A DNA stretch of 55,132 nt from Patescibacteria group bacterium (GTDB lineage Bacteria; Patescibacteriota; Minisyncoccia; Phycocordibacterales; SBAW01), in NCBI GenBank assembly GCA_028871115.1, contig JAGWOD010000004.1:1-55132 (forward strand), written 5' to 3'. The first letter of the stretch is position 1, and each line of letters opens with the position of its first letter. The notes beneath the pieces were generated by a model, which saw only the letters and a program-made list of their open reading frames with translations, searched no databases and was not told the origin of the DNA. This document shows, in pieces, positions 49,794 to 55,132 of the stretch. Both the position numbers and the translations under genes were made by a program.

Positions 49794-49833
49794 GCGCGAA
49801 TTGTAGCACCAGAGCTCTTTGGGGCAGAATCGC

Positions 49834-50043
49834 CTATATCTCTATGAGGGTAAAGCGCGGAACCCGCACCCCGTTGACCTCCACTGTTTCAAGAAACATC
49901 GCAAGAGGCCGGACCCACGTGCGATCCATCGCTTTCACATCTTTATAGACAACGAGGTCTTCAAGCGTCTCGGAGTGTTTTGCCAAAGCAACGATTTCAT
50001 ACTCGTTACCTTTATAGTGCCGATATCGCTCTCCAACATGCAT
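49834..50043 (-). CDS. DUF1653-domain protein
   Basis: YRHYKGNEYEIVALAKHSETLEDLVVYK...WVRPLAMF. Confidence 0.75.
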   Translation of the reverse strand: MHVGERYRHYKGNEYEIVALAKHSETLEDLVVYKDVKAMDRTWVRPLAMFLETVEVNGVRVPRFTLIEI

Positions 50044-50048
50044 AGTAT

Positions 50049-50477
50049 CTATTGTAGGTTTATCTCCCGCGAATCCATTGCATCACGATGCAAAAATTGA
50101 ATAGTGAGGTCGGGGTTTTGAAGCATCCCTTCAATCCGTTCCGGCCATTCGATACAGACGAGCGTATGAGGATCTTTCAAAAAATCATTAGGTCGCAGCG
50201 CCCGAAACTCATCAGGCTTCTCAAAGCGGTAGGCATCGATGTGTACGAGTTTCGTGAAGCCCTTATACGATATCGGGTAGGCGCGCATCAGTACGAAGGT
50301 CGGGCTTTGCACTGTGCCCTTGATACCTATCTCGCGGGCGAGCGCTTGCATAAATGTCGTTTTACCAGCACCCAATTCTCCCTGAAGAAAGAGAACAAAT
50401 GCGCGATTCTTTCTTTGCTCTATGTTCCCGAGCACCTCGCGGGAAAATGCGGGAAGATTTTCAAGCAGTACTTGCAT
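50049..50477 (-). CDS. tsaE: tRNA t6A37 biosynthesis ATPase TsaE (YjeE)
   Basis: LQGELGAGKTTFMQALAREIGI...VQSPTFVLMRAY...HIDAYRF. Confidence 0.9.
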   Translation of the reverse strand: MQVLLENLPAFSREVLGNIEQRKNRAFVLFLQGELGAGKTTFMQALAREIGIKGTVQSPTFVLMRAYPISYKGFTKLVHIDAYRFEKPDEFRALRPNDFLKDPHTLVCIEWPERIEGMLQNPDLTIQFLHRDAMDSREINLQ

Positions 50478-50514
50478 ACCGCACAGCCTAGCATGGCCCT
50501 GTTACAATGGAGCC

Positions 50515-52200
50515 ATGGTGCAGTTCGCTGACACAGAGCAGGAGAAGCGCCTAGAGCTTCTCCGAAAGCGCGAGGCCGAGGAACTCGCGGAGATCCTCTC
50601 ACAAAAGTACGATCTTCCCTACGTGGACCTCTCACTTGTCGCAATTAATACCGACGCGCTTCGGCTTATTGCGGAGGCGGAAGCGCGCGACGCAGAAGTC
50701 GCGGCGTTTGGGAAAGTAGGTAAGCGTGTCTCAATTGCGGTTCGCTCGCCTGAGAACGCAAAAACCAAAACAGCGATACAAAAACTCCAGGACCTCGGAT
50801 ACATCGTGACATTGTTTCTCTGCTCGGATGAGTCGCTCCGCCGGGCATTCGATCACTATCAAGATCTCTCCTACGCAATCCAGAACCAGGCAGGCATTTT
50901 CGATCTCGCGGGGGGCGATCTCGAGGGGCTTATTGCTGAAGCAACCTCCGTTCCAAAGATCTCCAACCTCATCGCCTCAACCATATCCCTCAAACGGGCC
51001 TACCGTACAACGCGGATCCTCCAGATCATTCTCGCAGGTGGGCTTTCAACCGAAGCATCGGACATTCATTTCGAACCAGAAGAAAAAGCGGTACGTTTAC
51101 GCTACCGGCTCGATGGCGTACTCCTCGATGTTCTCTCCTTCGACGAAGAAACCTATCGCCTGGTCCTCTCGCGCCTAAAGCTCCTCTCGGGGCTGAAGCT
51201 TAATGTGACGGAAAGCGCCCAGGACGGCCGCTTCAGCATAAAAATAAAGGGGGAGGAAATAGAGATGCGCACAAGCATACTTCCCGGAAACTACGGGGAG
51301 ACGATGGTGATGCGTATTCTCAATCCGAAAACAATCGGTGTACCCCTTGAGGGACTCGGCATGGAGGAAAAACTGCGTATTCGTATCGAAAAAGAAATCG
51401 ACAAGCCAAACGGCATGGTGCTCACAACAGGTCCCACTGGATCGGGTAAAACGACAACGCTCTATGCCTTCCTGCGTAAAGTAAACTCCTCAGAAACCAA
51501 GATTATCACCATCGAAGATCCCATTGAGTACCACCTCAGTGGGATCGTACAGACGCAGGTCGACAAAGAAAAGAACTACACCTTCGCCTCGGGTCTGCGC
51601 TCGGCGCTCCGGCAGGATCCCGACATCATCATGGTGGGTGAGATCCGTGATGAGGAAGTGGCAACGACCGCGATCAACGCAGCACTCACCGGGCACTTGG
51701 TGTTCTCGACGCTCCATACCAATGACGCCGCAGGTTCTTTCCCCCGTCTCATCGACCTTGGAGTGAGCGAGAAGGTCATGAGTTCCTCTGTTAATGTCGC
51801 GATAGCACAGCGACTCGTCCGAAAACTCTGTCCCACCTGTAAAAAACAACGCCCCGCGAACGCACAGGAAGAGGAAATTATTTCTCGCACACTCGCAGGT
51901 GTCGTCGACAAATCACTACTCCCTGAGAATCGCAAGATTGTGAGTGAGGCAAGCACTGGTAAGTGTGACACGTGTGGTGGGCGCGGGTATAAAGGGCGCG
52001 TCGGCATTTTCGAGGCAATTTTTATGGATAAAAAAATAGAGGAAATACTCCGCAGCAAGCCTTCGGAGCGGGAGATTTTTGCAGCGGCCCGGGCGCAAGG
52101 CACGCCGTCAATGATAGAGGACGGCATACTCAAGGCCCTGAGAGGGGTTACCTCGTTTGAGGAACTGCGCCGGGTTGTCGACCTTGATGCCCTCCCCTGA
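50515..52200 (+). CDS. pilB: Type II/IV secretion-system ATPase (GspE/PilB family)
   Basis: Start at Met32 of the track ORF. Walker A GPTGSGKTTTLY, Asp box, Walker B DPDIIMVGEIRD, His box TGHLVFSTLHTN and a tetracysteine CPTC...CDTCGGRGYKGR. Confidence 0.9.
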   Translation: MVQFADTEQEKRLELLRKREAEELAEILSQKYDLPYVDLSLVAINTDALRLIAEAEARDAEVAAFGKVGKRVSIAVRSPENAKTKTAIQKLQDLGYIVTLFLCSDESLRRAFDHYQDLSYAIQNQAGIFDLAGGDLEGLIAEATSVPKISNLIASTISLKRAYRTTRILQIILAGGLSTEASDIHFEPEEKAVRLRYRLDGVLLDVLSFDEETYRLVLSRLKLLSGLKLNVTESAQDGRFSIKIKGEEIEMRTSILPGNYGETMVMRILNPKTIGVPLEGLGMEEKLRIRIEKEIDKPNGMVLTTGPTGSGKTTTLYAFLRKVNSSETKIITIEDPIEYHLSGIVQTQVDKEKNYTFASGLRSALRQDPDIIMVGEIRDEEVATTAINAALTGHLVFSTLHTNDAAGSFPRLIDLGVSEKVMSSSVNVAIAQRLVRKLCPTCKKQRPANAQEEEIISRTLAGVVDKSLLPENRKIVSEASTGKCDTCGGRGYKGRVGIFEAIFMDKKIEEILRSKPSEREIFAAARAQGTPSMIEDGILKALRGVTSFEELRRVVDLDALP

Positions 52201-52211
52201 GTTATAGCGGT

Positions 52212-52715
52212 ATGACCCTTGCTACCCACGCGGTTGCAGGGGCGGCCGTGGCATCCTTCACGCCCGCCCATCCCCTTATCGGATTTTGTGCAGGATTTGT
52301 GAGTCACTTCGCGCTCGACGCTGTGCCGCATTGGAACTACCGCGTACGCTCGGCATCGCTTGACCCTACCCGTGGAGGCCCTATTACCTTCAATGGAGAT
52401 CTTTTGATAGACGCTATAGCGATTTTCATTGATGGGGGTATTGGGATCGCACTCGTAGTTGTGCTCTTCTTCAATCCTCTCGCGCTGCCTGCGATTCTTG
52501 CGGGGGCACTCGGGGGCCTGCTGCCTGATTTCCTTCATTTTGTTCACACCCGGCTGCCGAACATGGGTCTTAAAGCGTTTACGCGCCTTCATATACGAAT
52601 TCAGCAGGAGATCTTCCACGAGCGGCCCCTCATAGGGCTTCTCACGCAAGCGGGGTGGATAGCAGGCCTTGTGATTGCTTTTTTCATCATCAAAGTAGGT
52701 CTTTTACACCCATAG
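52212..52715 (+). CDS. Small multi-pass membrane protein, YdjM/DUF457-like metal-dependent hydrolase fold (tentative)
   Basis: 167 aa. THAVAGAAVA...SHFALDAVPHWNY His/Asp pattern within TM segments. Confidence 0.5.
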   Translation: MTLATHAVAGAAVASFTPAHPLIGFCAGFVSHFALDAVPHWNYRVRSASLDPTRGGPITFNGDLLIDAIAIFIDGGIGIALVVVLFFNPLALPAILAGALGGLLPDFLHFVHTRLPNMGLKAFTRLHIRIQQEIFHERPLIGLLTQAGWIAGLVIAFFIIKVGLLHP

Positions 52716-52724
52716 GCGAAAACG

Positions 52725-52985
52725 AAAAAAACGCGGGGTCAATGTTGCACCGCGTTGCAGGGAGCGTAGAGTGATGCGAGAATCAAGAAAGCGCACCTCT
52801 AAGCAATATCCATTTTCGAATATCGAAAAAGTGGTCACCCACTCTGAGGATAGCCCCCGCACTCCTGCGTAGTGCAGGCGCCGAGGCGTCCTTAAATAGG
52901 CACTCAAACCCTCTCAGGTTGCATTGCTTAGAGATGCGCTGTCTCGAGCACATCAGTTCTGACGAAATGAAAATCGCTCCATTGC
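52725..52985 (-). ncRNA. Candidate structured non-coding RNA of unknown class, antisense to both flanking genes
   Basis: Nested long-range helices: 52923-52939 pairs with 52791-52807 (17 bp), 52949-52955 with 52772-52778 (7 bp) and 52975-52980 with 52761-52766 (6 bp). Their single non-Watson-Crick positions are G-U only on the minus strand. There is a GUGA-capped hairpin (52830-52843), an AU hairpin (52813-52829) and a minus-strand terminator (stem 52730-52756 plus 7 U). Boundaries are approximate. Confidence 0.4.
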
Positions 52986-53026
52986 GGGAGCAAACACTTT
53001 TGATACCTTAGCATATTATAATTTTT

Positions 53027-54076
53027 ATGTCAAGAACCCCCGCAAAGGCCCCTAAAGATCCTGATCTTGAGGTAACTCCGCAAGAGCCTCAGCGCGTGGA
53101 AATTTTTCTTGATTCAACCTTGCGCCCCTCCTCCTGGAAGGAGTACGTGGGTCAAGAGAGTATCAAACAAAACCTCCATATCCTCATCACTGCTGCCAAA
53201 GAGCGCAGCACGCCTCCGGAACATATTCTCTTCTACGGTCCACCGGGGCTCGGAAAGACCACTCTCGCTCACCTTATCGCCCGCGAACTGGGCGGTGTGC
53301 TGCGCTCGACCTCGGGGCCTGCCATAGAGCGGGTAGGCGATCTTGCGGCACTCCTCTCCAACCTTTCCCCAGGCGACATACTTTTCATTGATGAAATACA
53401 CCGGCTCTCGCGCACCATTGAAGAGGTCCTCTACCCCGCCATGGAGTCGGGCGTACTCAACATCATCATCGGCAAGGGCCCTTCGGCACGCACCCTTGAA
53501 CTTCCCCTACCTCCCTTTACGCTCATTGCTGCGACGACTCGAGTGGCGAGTCTTTCGGCTCCTTTGCGCTCTCGCTTTTCAGGAGGTTCCTTCCGCTTGG
53601 AGTTTTATAGTGAAGAGGATATTGCTCAAATTATACGCCGTTCAGCAAAAATATTAGGAATTAAGATCGATGAGGAAGGTGTGGATGAAATTGCACGCCG
53701 CTCGCGCGCAACACCACGTACCGCGAACTATCTTCTGAAGCGGGTGCGTGATTATGCACAGCTCAAAAAAATTCCACTGAGCAAAAAAACAGTTGAGGAT
53801 GCGCTGGGGCTTCTTGAGGTGGATACCCTTGGACTTACACCGCTTGACCGAAAATTCCTCACCGTTCTTATTGAGCGCTTTGGTGGAGGCCCCGCGGGCG
53901 TCGGAGCTTTGGGTGCAGCTTTAAGCGAAGAGCCGAGCACGCTTTCGGAGGTGCATGAACCTTATCTCTTGCAGCTCGGCCTCATCGAGAGAACACCCCG
54001 CGGGCGTACAGCAACATCTAAAGCGTATCAGCACCTCAAGATTCAAGGGGCAGAGCCTCAAGGAACCCTTGTCTAG
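53027..54076 (+). CDS. ruvB: Holliday junction DNA helicase RuvB
   Basis: [13 protein letters not shown], Walker [16 protein letters not shown], Walker [11 protein letters not shown], sensor TLIAATTR and a C-terminal winged helix. Confidence 0.97.
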   Translation: MSRTPAKAPKDPDLEVTPQEPQRVEIFLDSTLRPSSWKEYVGQESIKQNLHILITAAKERSTPPEHILFYGPPGLGKTTLAHLIARELGGVLRSTSGPAIERVGDLAALLSNLSPGDILFIDEIHRLSRTIEEVLYPAMESGVLNIIIGKGPSARTLELPLPPFTLIAATTRVASLSAPLRSRFSGGSFRLEFYSEEDIAQIIRRSAKILGIKIDEEGVDEIARRSRATPRTANYLLKRVRDYAQLKKIPLSKKTVEDALGLLEVDTLGLTPLDRKFLTVLIERFGGGPAGVGALGAALSEEPSTLSEVHEPYLLQLGLIERTPRGRTATSKAYQHLKIQGAEPQGTLV

Positions 54077-54103
54077 CCGGTTACGTAAATAGCTCGTCTG
54101 TTA

Positions 54104-55132
54104 TTAGATTTCTTTATACTCCGGCACCAACCCCACCACCACACTCTGCGTAGGCACGGAGTCATCGAGCCCCGTACAGGAGAGCGTGAAGGTCGTGGTT
54201 TGAGTAATTTCTGGCGTTGTGACCTCTCCCTCAGCGCTTTCTGCATTGGAGAGCGGGTGGTTGTAGCCTGGAGCGGTGATTGAACAAGAAGAAGCTTGTA
54301 CATTCTCCACACTCCAGCTCAGTTGCGTAGTGGCATTGGGAGCGACCCTTGTGGGAGAAGCGACGAGGGAGATGGTAGGGGTGACATAGGTGACAGTGAC
54401 GAGCGCTTGGGCGGAGTTCTGTTCTCCGTTGCCGCTGCAGGTAACGGTGTAGATGGTGTTTTGGGAGAGACTCACTTGGGCGGAGCCACTGATGCCTCCA
54501 TTAGTGTTGAAGTTGGTACCCGCACAAGAGGTTGCGCCCGTCGATTCCCACGTGAGGGTACTCTCCCCTGCTCCCTGCAGAGTGGAGGGATTGGCGGAGA
54601 TGGCTGCGGCAGGAAGGACACTAAACTGTGTCTCTCCAGAGCAGTTGTTGTTCTCATTGGTCTCAGCGATTACTCCATCGGGATACGGAGGGAGATCAGC
54701 ACACAGGCGTACCCAGTAGGTGCCTGAGGGAATGTTGGTCCAATTGCCGGAGACGGGAGTCGTGGAGTTCCCACCAACCGCAGGAGCTGCAGTGGTGACG
54801 TCATCGTAGGAGTCGCTGTCATTGAAATTGGGGCCGGTGAGGTCTACCTGGAAGAGAGAGGTGAAGCCCTGAGTGGTGCTTTCGTTGCCTTGATTGACTA
54901 CGGTGCCGGAGAAGGGGGCAGACCCTCCTGCAATTAGGTTGCTGCCGACGGATGGTGCATCCGCCGTCAGATCAGGCCCCCCAGAGATGGTGAAGGGGGT
55001 ACCTGCGGAGCAGTTGTTGTTTTCATTGGATTCTGGGATGACGCCGTTGGGGTAGGGGGGAAGATCGGCACAGAGACGCACATAGAAGGTGCCCTCCTGC
55101 GTGGGTATCCATGTGGTGGAGATGGGTACAGA
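54104..55132 (-). CDS. Large surface protein with CARDB-like and Ig-like repeat domains (5' end outside the window)
   Basis: WVRLCADLPPYPDGVIAETNENNNCS recurs (also RLCADLPPYPNGVIPESNENNNCS), which is the D-x-x-N-x-V-x-E-x-N-E-x-N-N ending of CARDB domains. The frame stays open to nt 55132. Confidence 0.75.
   Translation of the reverse strand, partial: SVPISTTWIPTQEGTFYVRLCADLPPYPNGVIPESNENNNCSAGTPFTISGGPDLTADAPSVGSNLIAGGSAPFSGTVVNQGNESTTQGFTSLFQVDLTGPNFNDSDSYDDVTTAAPAVGGNSTTPVSGNWTNIPSGTYWVRLCADLPPYPDGVIAETNENNNCSGETQFSVLPAAAISANPSTLQGAGESTLTWESTGATSCAGTNFNTNGGISGSAQVSLSQNTIYTVTCSGNGEQNSAQALVTVTYVTPTISLVASPTRVAPNATTQLSWSVENVQASSCSITAPGYNHPLSNAESAEGEVTTPEITQTTTFTLSCTGLDDSVPTQSVVVGLVPEYKEI

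Noticed and set aside
52704-52907. 67-aa minus-strand ORF in the spacer before ruvB.
   Set aside because: It has no SD, and its sequence is compositionally odd (MSAYLRTPRRLHYAGVRG...). It reads straight through the intrinsic terminator stem and U-tract and into the 3' end of the neighbouring gene. The strand-specific G-U pairs and the GNRA hairpin fit an RNA better.
52725-52985. Identity of the candidate RNA as RNase P RNA, SRP (4.5S/scRNA) RNA, tmRNA or a known riboswitch.
   Set aside because: I looked on both strands for the P4 GGAAAGUCC / ACAGAA-type motifs, the SRP helix-8 GGAA loop with flanking AGCAGC, and a tRNA-like CCA 3' end. None is present. The plus-strand GAGGATAGCCCCCGC only loosely resembles the RNase P CR-I motif, and the rest does not follow. 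A covariance-model search is still needed.
53000-53033. Precise promoter assignments around the ruvB start: plus-strand TATAAT at 53017-53022, which would imply a leaderless ruvB, and minus-strand TTGACA-17-TAAGGT for the candidate RNA.
   Set aside because: They are not rejected outright but are too weak to list as features. The plus-strand -10 box has no acceptable -35 box at 16-18 nt, and the minus-strand -10 box matches consensus at only 3 of 6 positions. They are mentioned inside the ncRNA finding only.
1-55132. CRISPR arrays, rRNA genes, IS elements, integrases, prophage genes, toxin-antitoxin pairs and known defence-system signatures.
   Set aside because: I found no regularly spaced direct repeats, no 16S/23S/5S-like sequence, and no transposase, integrase, recombinase or Cas-like ORF in any frame. 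The only DNA repeats seen are intragenic: the CARDB modules and the 12-nt units at 31881-31916.

Overview
This is a gene-dense bacterial chromosome segment made up almost entirely of core information-processing genes. The gene content looks like a reduced, Candidate-Phyla-Radiation / Parcubacteria-like genome; that placement is inference from content, not a database hit.

Genes I can recognise:
- Four aminoacyl-tRNA synthetases: metG, glyQS, ileS, argS.
- Ribosomal protein and translation genes: rpsF-ssb-rpsR, secE-nusG-rplK, rplS, rpsT, efp.
- Recombination and replication genes: recO, ruvX, ruvA, ruvB, polA, a short holA-like gene.
- A dTMP module: CYTH-dcd-thyA-glyA, with divergent folA.
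- Type IV pilus-like assembly genes: pilM/N/O-like, plus a remote pilB-like ATPase.
- A MurE-like ligase and envelope genes (mscL, DsbA-like, SIMPL, AI-2E, NRAMP).
- Eight tRNA genes: His, Leu, Val, Arg x3, Ser, Lys.
- Two large repeat-domain surface proteins.

I found no rRNA, CRISPR array, transposase or integrase.

Housekeeping genes are G+C-rich; hand-counted 60-nt lines give about 60-63%. Three small accessory patches are visibly A/T-richer: 29.0-30.3 kb, 39.3-41.1 kb and 46.2-46.6 kb.

Most notable observations:
1. An apparently intact histidine-phosphatase (PGAM-like) domain inserted in frame inside IleRS.
2. A roughly 260-nt candidate structured RNA on the minus strand between a membrane-protein gene and ruvB. 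It is supported by long-range complementarity with strand-specific G-U pairs, a GNRA hairpin and an intrinsic terminator.
3. A 256-nt argS-ileS spacer with a strong terminator directly against the ileS start and a 54-codon ORF preceded by a Shine-Dalgarno (SD) sequence.
4. Ribosomal-protein operons that stop short of rplA and rplI.

All functional calls come from motif recognition by eye. No searches were run.
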